Source: an uncultured Gammaproteobacteria bacterium
Lineage (GTDB): Bacteria; Patescibacteriota; Microgenomatia; Levybacterales; GWA1-39-11
Assembly: GCA_964360265.1 (NCBI GenBank)
Contig: CAYHUY010000003.1
Span: 1 to 55,012 of the forward strand
Direction of reading: 5' to 3'
Length of the DNA stretch: 55,012 nt
Translations under genes and position numbers: made by a program
Part shown: one piece after another, positions 26,260 through 34,797 of the stretch
Numbering within the stretch: the stretch's first letter is position 1
Layout of the letters: every line of letters begins with the position of its first letter
Notes under the pieces: model-generated
Databases searched by the model: none
What the model saw: the letters and a program-made list of their open reading frames with translations, nothing else
What the model was told of the DNA's origin: nothing

Positions 26260-27231
26260 TTAATTAGTCTTCCTTACTACTTTTATCCAAATTCCAATAA
26301 GAACAAGGGCAAAGAATGATATTACCGCAATAATATATAAAGGAAGAGCAAGAAAGCTGATTTTAGTCTCAAAGACAGGCCCATCCTGCGCGAGTCTTAC
26401 GTGAGCTGTTGCAGTATATAGACCAAGCAGAAACTTTTCAGGCCAAATAAGAGCGGGTCCATGCAAAGTGCTTATAGATTCTTGATCTGAGGCATTCATA
26501 AAACGATCCGAATTTGCAAGAATATATTGAGGCAAAATGTTGAGTTGACCTGCCTTTCTTCCGAACATATCCTTAATTGTTATATTTCCTTCCGGAACTA
26601 TATAACGTTGACTATTATTACGCACCAGGAGAGTAAAAGGAATGGGCCCGGAAAATACAACTCGCGGAGCCGAAAATTCACGAATCTCACCTGTTATTTT
26701 CCCTTTTTTGCCCACTGAGAGAATCACGTTTGTCCCAATTCCACCCACAATCTGCGATCCAGAAGTTTCATGAATATCCTCAGCCTTTGAGATAAATATT
26801 ACCGAAAAGTAATAATCGGATACAGGATCCCCTCTATTAAGAATAATTTCAAGAGTCAAGTTTTTTGCCTCAAAGGGTTTAAACGTTATATCTTTAATCT
26901 CCCGTTTATCTTCAAGTATCTTTATTTTTTGACGAAAAGTTGGGTCAGGGCCATAAATTTCACCTTCCGAAAGAAGTTCAATCTGACCATTACTGTTCTC
27001 TTTCGGTTTAAAAAAACGAATCATTAAATTTAGATGTAGTTCGTTTTCGCTTTGATTCTCTATGTTTATATTAGAATTAATTATTGCAGGAGGATCAGCG
27101 TTGATCTCGATAACTGTGGGGAAAATCCCAAGGGAAAACTGATCAGAATCTGAGATCTCTTGCGCATATAAATTAGTAGAAGGTAGCAGCAAGTAGCAGG
27201 TGGCAAGGAGCACAGCAAATAATCTTTTCAT
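26260..27231 (-). CDS. secreted two-domain surface protein with a C-terminal membrane anchor
   Basis: Signal peptide MKRLFAVLLATCYLLLPSTNLYAQE, about 260 aa of predicted beta-rich sequence, then a C-terminal TM (LALPLYIIAVISFFALVLIGIWI) and the KVVRKTN tail. The architecture is reminiscent of DUF916/DUF3324-type Gram-positive surface proteins; this resemblance is unverified. Confidence 0.7.
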   Translation of the reverse strand: MKRLFAVLLATCYLLLPSTNLYAQEISDSDQFSLGIFPTVIEINADPPAIINSNINIENQSENELHLNLMIRFFKPKENSNGQIELLSEGEIYGPDPTFRQKIKILEDKREIKDITFKPFEAKNLTLEIILNRGDPVSDYYFSVIFISKAEDIHETSGSQIVGGIGTNVILSVGKKGKITGEIREFSAPRVVFSGPIPFTLLVRNNSQRYIVPEGNITIKDMFGRKAGQLNILPQYILANSDRFMNASDQESISTLHGPALIWPEKFLLGLYTATAHVRLAQDGPVFETKISFLALPLYIIAVISFFALVLIGIWIKVVRKTN

Positions 27232-27690
27232 ATTTATAGTATGTAAGATCGCATATCAAGTATCAAGTGGAAAGTTTTCAAATACAAAATAGATGATACT
27301 TAATACTGTATTTTGTGGCTGTGCGGTAATATTTCACAACTTTTCATAGCTATTTTGATTGAAAATTATTAGAACATATAAAGCTCAATCTCTTATTGTG
27401 GATATCCTTGTTTTAATATGCCCATAAAAAGATAACTATATCAAAATGATCGGTTTAAAAATTCAATAAAAATAGCAATGTCAATATATAAGTGTCAGAA
27501 AATAAACTAACCCATTTACATTGATAAATCGGTACAAAATGGAATCAACAAAATAATTGAAAGATCATGTTGCCATAATGTTCTTGTCAAGAATAAAAAT
27601 TATCAATTATTTGATGGCGCATTTAATTGATAATTTCTTTTTTTGTGGGCAAGATGTTGCTATTTATATATAAGTATTGCGAAAATTGAT

Positions 27691-28443
27691 CTATATCGAC
27701 GGTATTGCGATATATATTATACTATTTTGATAATGTCCCTGAATTTGAGTTGCGGGAATATTTAACTTGTAGGTAATTTGACTTTTCATATAGGAACCTG
27801 TGCCTGAACCACTCATTACAATTTCAGCAGACTCATCATTTTGCCTATTTGCCAACTGTTTATAAAAATTTTCTCCGGCAAAATCCTCACTGCAGCTTTT
27901 GCCGGTAATATTATCACATCTATAACCAAAGCCGTAAGTAAGTGGGCTTTCCCAGATTGAAGCTATTCTCTCCGTGCATGTTCCTGCGTCACACGTTACA
28001 TCCTGGATTTGCGCTGTCTGTGGCGTTTTTGGTACGCTAACTTCTTCTGCTATCACCTTGTATCCTACAGCCGAGCCATTTGAAACTGTGAGTATGCCTG
28101 TTCTCGTAATTGGTTCTCCGGGATTGAGTGTCCCAAAATTTACGGAGAGGTTTGATATTGAAAAAGTAAAAGGCATAATTGAATCTATATACTGAAATCC
28201 GGACCTAACTTTGTAGTTATCAAATTCTGCCATTTCCCCCTTTTCCGTTGGAGTAATTTTGCCTTGATTTATTAACGGTTTTTGTAAAGAGGAATCGATG
28301 CGACTTTCCTGAATTTTATACTCCTGATTTTTCATGGAAGCCGCTTCAGAAATGCTTGTTAGACTAAAAACAAGCACAACAAAAGAAATCAAAATGCCAA
28401 CATGCGGAATGAAGAACAATGAATGGCGAATAATAATCTTCAT
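27691..28443 (-). CDS. secreted hypothetical protein (250 aa), possible surface-structure subunit
   Basis: N-terminal signal/anchor (ILISFVVLVFSLTSISEAA). The sequence is beta-rich with FGTLNPGEP and a C-terminal YKLNIPATQIQGHYQNSIIYIAIPSI strand motif, plus four Cys in the middle. Confidence 0.65.
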   Translation of the reverse strand: MKIIIRHSLFFIPHVGILISFVVLVFSLTSISEAASMKNQEYKIQESRIDSSLQKPLINQGKITPTEKGEMAEFDNYKVRSGFQYIDSIMPFTFSISNLSVNFGTLNPGEPITRTGILTVSNGSAVGYKVIAEEVSVPKTPQTAQIQDVTCDAGTCTERIASIWESPLTYGFGYRCDNITGKSCSEDFAGENFYKQLANRQNDESAEIVMSGSGTGSYMKSQITYKLNIPATQIQGHYQNSIIYIAIPSI

Positions 28444-28449
28444 TTATAT

Positions 28450-29058
28450 TTAGTCTTTCAGGGCTTCTTTTCGAAGTTCATCCGTTTTTTCAAAAATATC
28501 TTCAATTTCATCAATGTCCTCATCTTGACCTCGTTTGCGCAAAGCTTCTGTGTCTTGTAGAATTTGATCCGTTTTTTCTAGGATCGCATCTTCCAATTGC
28601 TCTTTTTTTTGAGACTCGCGTCCTATGAAATAAGCAATGGGTGAAATAAGAACTAAAGATCCAAGCTTGATTAGGTTTGAGACCAAATTTCCTTGTGTTG
28701 CTGATTCAAAAAAAACAACCAAAATTCCCAAAAGTAAAACGAATACGGTTGCGGGATTATATAGAAATATTATTCCAAACAGTAGAAAATAGAGTAGAAA
28801 ATAAAGCTGAGAATCAAGACCTCCTGTTAATAATATTGCAAGCATCACAGCTGTAATTACTGTAAAAACTTCTTTATTTGAGCCCATAAAGAGTTCATCA
28901 TGTTTTTTGTTTCTTCGCATAAGAATTATAAAAATGACAGATATTACTATGATAAAACCTAAAATTGGAGCCATATATGAAGAAAGGGGTGTTGAAGCTA
29001 CAATGAGCACAAAGAGAAAAGAGAAAGAGGTTGTAAGGGATTGTATAAAGAACCTCAT
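28450..29058 (-). CDS. hypothetical polytopic membrane protein with an acidic C-terminal tail
   Basis: 202-aa ORF with 5-6 TM helices, followed by QKKEQLEDAILEKTDQILQDTEALRKRGQDEDIDEIEDIFEKTDELRKEALKD. Its stop is 6 nt from the next gene's start. Confidence 0.6.
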   Translation of the reverse strand: MRFFIQSLTTSFSFLFVLIVASTPLSSYMAPILGFIIVISVIFIILMRRNKKHDELFMGSNKEVFTVITAVMLAILLTGGLDSQLYFLLYFLLFGIIFLYNPATVFVLLLGILVVFFESATQGNLVSNLIKLGSLVLISPIAYFIGRESQKKEQLEDAILEKTDQILQDTEALRKRGQDEDIDEIEDIFEKTDELRKEALKD

Positions 29059-29140
29059 ATGTAATTAGTATAAGGTATTTAGTATTAAGTATAAAGTATA
29101 AAAACTTTAAGCCTTAAATCGTAATTTTTAACTTTTAGTT

Positions 29141-29169
29141 TTGAACTTTGAACCAATAAGCTATATAAT
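29141..29169 (+). promoter_or_regulatory. promoter TTGAAC, 17-nt spacer, TATAAT; ATG 7 nt downstream (leaderless leuS)
   Basis: TTGAAC at 29141-29146, TATAAT at 29164-29169, ATG at 29177. Confidence 0.6.
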
Positions 29170-29176
29170 CAAGCGT

Positions 29177-31750
29177 ATGAGCAAAAATTCGAATTCAAAT
29201 AAAATTGAGTACGATCCTGGCGCGATTGAACAATATTGGCAGAAGTTTTGGGAGGAGAATGGGACTTTTTCGCCTGATTTAAAAAATGCCAAAAAGCCGT
29301 TCTATAACCTCATGATGTTTCCGTATCCCTCCGCCGAAGGTTTGCACGTTGGAAATTTGTATGCTTTTACCGGCGCCGATGTTTATGGTAGGTATCAGAG
29401 AATGAAAGGTTTCGACGTATTTGAGCCTATCGGACTTGATGGATTCGGGATTCACTCTGAGAACTATGCTATCAAAGTCGGCCGGCATCCTAAAGAGCAA
29501 GCCGCGATTTCGCAAAATAACTTTTACCGCCAGCTTCGCGCAACAGGTAATGGTTATGATTGGACCGCGACTCTTGAGACTTATGATCCGGATTATTATA
29601 GATGGACACAGTGGATATTTATCCAGATGTTCAAAAAGGGTTTGGCATACCGCAAAAAAGCGCAAGTTAACTGGTGTCCGCGTGATTTGACTGTTTTGGC
29701 AGACGAACAGGTAATTGATGGGAAGTGCGAGCGTTGTTCGTCTATTGTTGAAAAGCGTGATCTTGAGCAATGGTTTTTCAAAATTACAGAATATGCTGAT
29801 GCATTGCTTAACGGTTTGAATCAGATTGATTGGCCTGAAAAAATCAAAATCGCCCAACGCCTCTGGATAGGGAGATCCGAGGGAACTCGAATCGAATTCA
29901 AAATTCAAAATTCAAAATCAATAATTGAAGTCTTTACAACAAGAGTGGATACATTGTTTGGCGCAACGTTTTTAGTGCTTGCTCCTGAGCATTCCATTGT
30001 AGCTTCGATTAAAGATAAAAAGGTGCAGAATTATGTTCAATCAGCAAAAAAGAAAACAGACAAGGAGAGGATAGAAAAAAAGGAAAAAACTGGTATATTC
30101 TCCGGCCTATATGTAATAAATCCACTCAATCAGGAAGAGATTCCCGTTTGGATTGCCGATTATGCAGTAATGGGATATGGAGCTGGTGCATTATTTGGAG
30201 ATGCTCACGATGACCGGGACGTTGAATTTGCAAACAAATATAAGATTCCTCTTAAACCAACTCTTGAAACAGGCGATTTGGAAAAAGACAAGAAAATTAA
30301 AAATCTCGAGGAAGTTTTTACCGGTTATGGAACTCTATTTAATTCTGGTCAGTTTTCAGGGTTAAGTTCGGATGAGGCAAAAAAGAAGATCACAACTTGG
30401 CTCGCCGAACAAAAATCTGGAGGGTCGCAGACGACTTATCGCCTCAGGGATTGGTTGATTTCAAGACAGAGGTATTGGGGGCCGCCTATCCCCATCATCT
30501 ACTGTCGTAGCTGCTGGGAGAGTTCAGAGCCCAGAGTTCAGAGCCCAGAGTTAAAGGAGGGAGTTGATTATGCCGTTATAGAGGGGAAAGAGCATATGAT
30601 TTATGCCGTTCCCGAAGAACAACTGCCGGTTTTGCTCCCGGATGTTGAAGATTGGAGACCTGAGGGTTCAGGAGCTTCGCCGCTTGCGAATCACCCGGAA
30701 TTTTACAAGACAAAATGCCCAAACTGTAAGTCACTTGCAAAAAGAGAGACTGATGTTTCTGACACTTTTTTAGACAGTTCATGGTACTACTTAAGATATT
30801 TGAGTGATAATAAAAGAGCAAAAAAAGGCGAAAATGGATCTCCTTTGATCCCTTATGACATAGAAATTGTAAAAAAATGGTGTCCGGCTGCAATTTACAT
30901 TGGCGGAGCAGAGCACTCAGTGCTACACCTTTTGTATGTAAGGTTTATCGCAATGGCGTTGCATGATTTAAATGATCCGAAGCTAAAAAACTTAGCCTTG
31001 CCATTCCAGGAGCCTTTTCCCCGTTTCTTTGCGCACGGATTAATAGTTAAAGACGGGGCCAAGATGAGCAAGAGCCGTGGCAATGTAGTAATTCCGGATG
31101 AATATATTGCGAAGTATGGTGCTGATACACTCAGGATGTACTTAATGTTCTTAGGCCCTTTTGACCACGGCGGAGATTTCAAAGATACGGGCCTTGAAGG
31201 AATGAATAGATTTATTCGACGCGTTTGGAAACTGTTTACTACAAAAGATTTTGGTAAAGACAAAGAAGATTCACTTCGAATGATAAATAAAACCGTAAAA
31301 GAAGTGACAGAAGATATTAAAAGCTTCTCGTATAATACAGCCATAGCCAAGCTCATGGAGTTTTATAACTTTATTTCAAGGGGCTCGAATTCATGGTCCC
31401 GTGATACCGTGCTTGTTTACCTTAAACTTTTTGCTCCCTTTGCGCCTCACTTCACTGAAGAACTCTGGCAATCCCTTCACGCTCAGGGTCGGACCCTAGG
31501 CGCAAATGTTTCTATACACTTCGAGCCGTGGCCGCGATATGATGAAAAATACTTAATTCAAAAGCAGGCTACTATTGTTGTTCAAGTTAACGGGAAGAGA
31601 AGGGGACAAATCACGATCGATAGTTCGAATGTAGATAAAAAAGAGGAAGTCGAAACTCTGGCGCGAAAAGAAGTCGAAAAATACCTTGAAGGGCAAGTAA
31701 TTCGCAAGGTAATTTACGTGCCAAGTAAAATTATCAACTTTGTAATTTAG
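29177..31750 (+). CDS. leuS: leucyl-tRNA synthetase
   Basis: HIGH-type motif (PYPSAEGLHVGN), KMSKS (GAKMSKSRGN), a CP1 editing region (FTTRVDTLFGATF) and the LeuS-specific C-terminus. The start is set at ATG 29177 rather than the track's TTG at 29141, which is the -35 box. Confidence 0.95.
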   Translation: MSKNSNSNKIEYDPGAIEQYWQKFWEENGTFSPDLKNAKKPFYNLMMFPYPSAEGLHVGNLYAFTGADVYGRYQRMKGFDVFEPIGLDGFGIHSENYAIKVGRHPKEQAAISQNNFYRQLRATGNGYDWTATLETYDPDYYRWTQWIFIQMFKKGLAYRKKAQVNWCPRDLTVLADEQVIDGKCERCSSIVEKRDLEQWFFKITEYADALLNGLNQIDWPEKIKIAQRLWIGRSEGTRIEFKIQNSKSIIEVFTTRVDTLFGATFLVLAPEHSIVASIKDKKVQNYVQSAKKKTDKERIEKKEKTGIFSGLYVINPLNQEEIPVWIADYAVMGYGAGALFGDAHDDRDVEFANKYKIPLKPTLETGDLEKDKKIKNLEEVFTGYGTLFNSGQFSGLSSDEAKKKITTWLAEQKSGGSQTTYRLRDWLISRQRYWGPPIPIIYCRSCWESSEPRVQSPELKEGVDYAVIEGKEHMIYAVPEEQLPVLLPDVEDWRPEGSGASPLANHPEFYKTKCPNCKSLAKRETDVSDTFLDSSWYYLRYLSDNKRAKKGENGSPLIPYDIEIVKKWCPAAIYIGGAEHSVLHLLYVRFIAMALHDLNDPKLKNLALPFQEPFPRFFAHGLIVKDGAKMSKSRGNVVIPDEYIAKYGADTLRMYLMFLGPFDHGGDFKDTGLEGMNRFIRRVWKLFTTKDFGKDKEDSLRMINKTVKEVTEDIKSFSYNTAIAKLMEFYNFISRGSNSWSRDTVLVYLKLFAPFAPHFTEELWQSLHAQGRTLGANVSIHFEPWPRYDEKYLIQKQATIVVQVNGKRRGQITIDSSNVDKKEEVETLARKEVEKYLEGQVIRKVIYVPSKIINFVI
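29895..29915. repeat. heptanucleotide tandem repeat (AATTCAA)x3 inside leuS (encodes KIQNSK)
   Basis: Three exact copies read directly. The 21 nt keep the reading frame. Confidence 0.9.
30521..30552. repeat. 14-nt tandem repeat (AGTTCAGAGCCCAG)x2.3 inside leuS
   Basis: It encodes SSEPRVQSPEL within an extra segment between the CxxC knuckle (YCRSCW) and the conserved PEEQLPVLLP block. Confidence 0.85.
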
Positions 31751-31853
31751 GTACGTCCCCCGCCTTCGCTAAAGCTATGTCGGGCAAGCCGGCAGGATTA
31801 TAAATTTTGTGATTTAAGCCCAATCAATTCAATAATTTAGCCGATCGTCCAAC

Positions 31854-31882
31854 TTATTGATGTTTGATCTATAGTGTATAAT
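31854..31882 (+). promoter_or_regulatory. candidate promoter (weak -35 TTATTG, TG-adjacent TATAAT); ATG 8 nt downstream
   Basis: TATAAT at 31877-31882 and ATG at 31891. Confidence 0.4.
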
Positions 31883-31890
31883 TAACCGCT

Positions 31891-33102
31891 ATGGTCAATG
31901 AACAAGCTCCGCGAACTTTCGAGCGGCAAGTGCCCGCGGGTGAAATAATTTTGGCGGAAGGAATTCCGACCCCTATTTCGCAGGATCCATCTTTTGAAAA
32001 CACTCAGGTCTTTTTTTCCGCACTGTCTTTTCCTATTGATTCAAAAAATCCGCCAAAGCCGTTTGGGTACAAAAAGTTAGGAGGTCAAACACGTGAGGGA
32101 TGGGCCCGAAACTGGGATATCCTTGGAAGGCACCTGGGTACTGATGCGGTTCTAGAAGAAGCAGGGGCGAATGAAATTACAAGAGAAAGAGTCCGCCAGA
32201 TCACGAAAACCTTAATCAACCAATCATATGATTCCGCTCCTGCAGCCCTAAAAGAAGCTTTCTCGCGAGCCAGTCTTGGGACAAGGAAACCATATTCTAT
32301 TCATAAAGGCATGCGGCGGTCGGAAGCAAAAGGTGGAAAAATGCGTGAGGTAAAAGAGGCCGTATTAGCAGGAAAAAGCATTGCAGAGATCAAAGAGGAG
32401 ACGGGAGTTTCAAGTCAGACGATTGCCAACTGCAGATCGAAAGGGATAGCTGTCCCCTATGCCAAAGAGGGACTTGGGAGAGAGTACCAGAGAAACCTAA
32501 GGTTTCTTGCAAGCGGATTACTTGACGATAGACAAATTCTTGCAATATTCGAGGACATAGAGAAGCATAATCGGAGTCAAGTTTGCCGGAGTTTAAAGAA
32601 AGCCGGAGCGCTTGTGTCCCTTGGTAAAGCTGCCCGAAGTGTTGGGGTATTTATCCACTTGTTTGAATCCGCCGCATACAGACTTATGAAAGAGCTAGGT
32701 ATTCCTACAGTCCAGGTGCATAGGACATTTGACAATGCCGACGTAAGTGGAGCTAAGGAAACACTAAGAAACTATTTCTACGTGCTCAATAACCATGAAG
32801 GTACAAGGCATGCATTTGCCCACCCGTCATTTGATGCGTTTAGGACAAATCCTGTAGAGGTATTAGGAAGAGTTCCAGAAGAAATCCCAACAACAAGTAT
32901 TCTGCAAGATCCTGCGTATATACCCGTGGGAAAATTCCTAAAAAAAAGAGGGATTCCCATCAGATCGGAGGAGGTAAGAAAATATTTGAGTTCTGATTTC
33001 CCCGTGCCTGTTTTCTTCATATTCCAAGGACGTAATTTACTTGTTCGAAAGGACGACTCAGACGCTTTGGCAGTATATTTTGAAACAAAACTTTCTTCTT
33101 GA
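31891..33102 (+). CDS. hypothetical protein with sigma-70 region-4-like and additional HTH segments
   Basis: 403-aa ORF. ITRERVRQITKTLINQ resembles sigma region 4.2. KSIAEIKEETGVSSQTIANCRSKG is a second HTH-like segment. The rest is unrecognised. Confidence 0.55.
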   Translation: MVNEQAPRTFERQVPAGEIILAEGIPTPISQDPSFENTQVFFSALSFPIDSKNPPKPFGYKKLGGQTREGWARNWDILGRHLGTDAVLEEAGANEITRERVRQITKTLINQSYDSAPAALKEAFSRASLGTRKPYSIHKGMRRSEAKGGKMREVKEAVLAGKSIAEIKEETGVSSQTIANCRSKGIAVPYAKEGLGREYQRNLRFLASGLLDDRQILAIFEDIEKHNRSQVCRSLKKAGALVSLGKAARSVGVFIHLFESAAYRLMKELGIPTVQVHRTFDNADVSGAKETLRNYFYVLNNHEGTRHAFAHPSFDAFRTNPVEVLGRVPEEIPTTSILQDPAYIPVGKFLKKRGIPIRSEEVRKYLSSDFPVPVFFIFQGRNLLVRKDDSDALAVYFETKLSS

Positions 33103-33119
33103 TTCCCAATTGATTATTT

Positions 33120-33160
33120 CCCCGCCTGCATTGCCTATTGCAAAGCAATTGGCGGGCAGG
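33120..33160. repeat. intergenic copy of the CCCGCCTGCA...GGCGGGCAGG palindrome family
   Basis: ccccgcctgcattgcctattgcaaagcaattggcgggcagg, located just upstream of comEA. Confidence 0.8.
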
Positions 33161-33173
33161 TTATCCTTTATTC

Positions 33174-33791
33174 ATGGATCGGGGTTCGGAAAAGCCTTTT
33201 CAAGACAAGCTAATCGAATTTGCCAAGAAGAATTTCTTGATTTTGGGCTTGTTTTCCATAGGATTGATATTCATAGGTATTGGTTTGATACAGATATTTG
33301 GTTCAAGCGCAACACAAATAAAATTCGAAAAAGGCCAGGATGTGTCCTTCGACGGTGCTCAGGATAAAGAAGGTTTAAAAATTAAAGTTGACGTTGAAGG
33401 AGAGGTTATAAAACCGGGAGTTTATGAATTATCTTCGGCCGCGCGAGTTCAAGACGCTCTTGTCGCAGCCGGAGGTTTGACGCGAGATGCCAATCGAAAC
33501 GCAATTAATCTGGCTGCAAAAATTGCGGATGGACAAAAGATATATGTGCCCGCCGTAGGCGAGGCAATGCTAGGGGGAGGATTCATCGCCGGTTCAACTA
33601 CTGCTTCGAATAGCATAATTTCGGTTAATTCCGCAAGTCAGTCGGAGTTGGAATCTCTTCCCGGAATTGGACCGGTTACAGCTCAGAAAATAATTGATGG
33701 CAGGCCATATGGTTCAATTCAAGAGCTCCTGGAACGCAAAATTGTCGGTAAGGCAACATATGAGAAGATCAAAGACCAAGTAGCTCTATGA
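33174..33791 (+). CDS. comEA: ComEA-type DNA-uptake protein (TM + SLBB-like + helix-hairpin-helix)
   Basis: N-terminal TM, the VDVEGEVIKPGVYEL...RVQDALVAAGG block, and C-terminal HhH (INSASQSELESLPGIGPVTAQKIIDGRPYGSIQEL). The start is set at ATG 33174, because the track's TTG at 33138 lies inside the palindrome. Confidence 0.8.
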   Translation: MDRGSEKPFQDKLIEFAKKNFLILGLFSIGLIFIGIGLIQIFGSSATQIKFEKGQDVSFDGAQDKEGLKIKVDVEGEVIKPGVYELSSAARVQDALVAAGGLTRDANRNAINLAAKIADGQKIYVPAVGEAMLGGGFIAGSTTASNSIISVNSASQSELESLPGIGPVTAQKIIDGRPYGSIQELLERKIVGKATYEKIKDQVAL

Positions 33792-33795
33792 CGAT

Positions 33796-34797
33796 ATGTT
33801 TCGCATAATCCTTATTCTTTCTCTTGCGCTTCTTGTTCGCCTTTTTCTTTTTTACACAAGCAATTCAACTTTGCAAATTAACACCACAAGCGGAAATATA
33901 GAATTAAAGCTTCCAATAATTACTTCAGCAAAAGAAAAAACATCGGAAAGCTTTAGAAAGACGCTTCCGGCGGACGCCTCAGGCTTGCTTTTAGGTATAC
34001 TGTTTGGCGAAAAAGGCAGTTTTGATAAAGAATATCTTGATGCCCTGAGAAGAACAGGCGTGCTCCATGTAATAGCGGCTTCCGGAATGAATGTCAGCAT
34101 GGTGGCAGGCGCAACGCTTCCCGTATTGGTTTTATTTTTAAAAAGAAGGCAGGCGCTAATACTATCCGCCATATTAATAATCCTTTACTGCGCCTTTGCT
34201 GATTTTGAAGAATCAATAGTTCGCGCATCAATTATGGCGGCGTTTGCCTTTGGAGCAGGACTTTTTGGCCGTCAGAATACGTCTCTTCTTGCGTTGTTTT
34301 TTGCCGCCTTTACGATGGTAATGTGGGATCCAAAAATTGTTGATTCGGTAGGATTCCAGCTTTCATTTGCTGCGACTTCCGGCATAATTTTACTTACGCC
34401 AATATTCAGAAAATTCGGGAACAATTTTCTACTCGAGGATTTGAGTACAACAATATCAGCACAAATTGCAACTGTCCCTATTCTACTTTTCTATTTTTCA
34501 ACCTATTCACCCATTTCAATTCTTGCAAATCTTCTAATTCTTTGGACAGTGCCTCCACTTATGATTCTTGGTTTAATCGCCCTGCCTCTATCTTTAATTG
34601 CGGAAGTTTTCGCCCTGCCTATTTTATGGATTGCTTTCCCTCTTTTAGTTTACTTTAAAGAGGTAGTTTTATTTTTAAACAAATTAGCAACGGAATTTTC
34701 GACAGACTCGATTCCCGTCACAATGATTTTGGGATACTATTTTATAGTTTTGGCGCTAGTCGCAGCCGTTCATAAAAAGCTAAAAATAAGAATATGA
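33796..34797 (+). CDS. comEC: ComEC/Rec2 competence (channel) domain protein, N-terminal half of a split ComEC
   Basis: Polytopic ORF with LLLGILFGEKGSFDKEYLDALRRTGVLHVIAASGMNVSMVAG, typical of the Competence domain. It ends in an ATGA overlap with the next ORF. Confidence 0.85.
   Translation: MFRIILILSLALLVRLFLFYTSNSTLQINTTSGNIELKLPIITSAKEKTSESFRKTLPADASGLLLGILFGEKGSFDKEYLDALRRTGVLHVIAASGMNVSMVAGATLPVLVLFLKRRQALILSAILIILYCAFADFEESIVRASIMAAFAFGAGLFGRQNTSLLALFFAAFTMVMWDPKIVDSVGFQLSFAATSGIILLTPIFRKFGNNFLLEDLSTTISAQIATVPILLFYFSTYSPISILANLLILWTVPPLMILGLIALPLSLIAEVFALPILWIAFPLLVYFKEVVLFLNKLATEFSTDSIPVTMILGYYFIVLALVAAVHKKLKIRI

Noticed and set aside
25554-27690. Possible CRISPR array or other periodic repeat in the long AT-rich spacers
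   Set aside because: I read both spacers and found no regularly spaced direct repeats, only short scattered inverted repeats and TACTTAATACT-like heptamer-type units. No cas genes are present in the window.
29279-31356. Minus-strand ORFs 29279-29908, 30576-30893 and 30895-31356
   Set aside because: They lie entirely within and antisense to leuS, whose identity is unambiguous.
33138-33173. TTG start for comEA as given in the ORF track
   Set aside because: The first 12 codons would be encoded by the intergenic palindrome. The ATG at 33174 (MDRGSEKPF...) followed by the TM helix is the sensible start.
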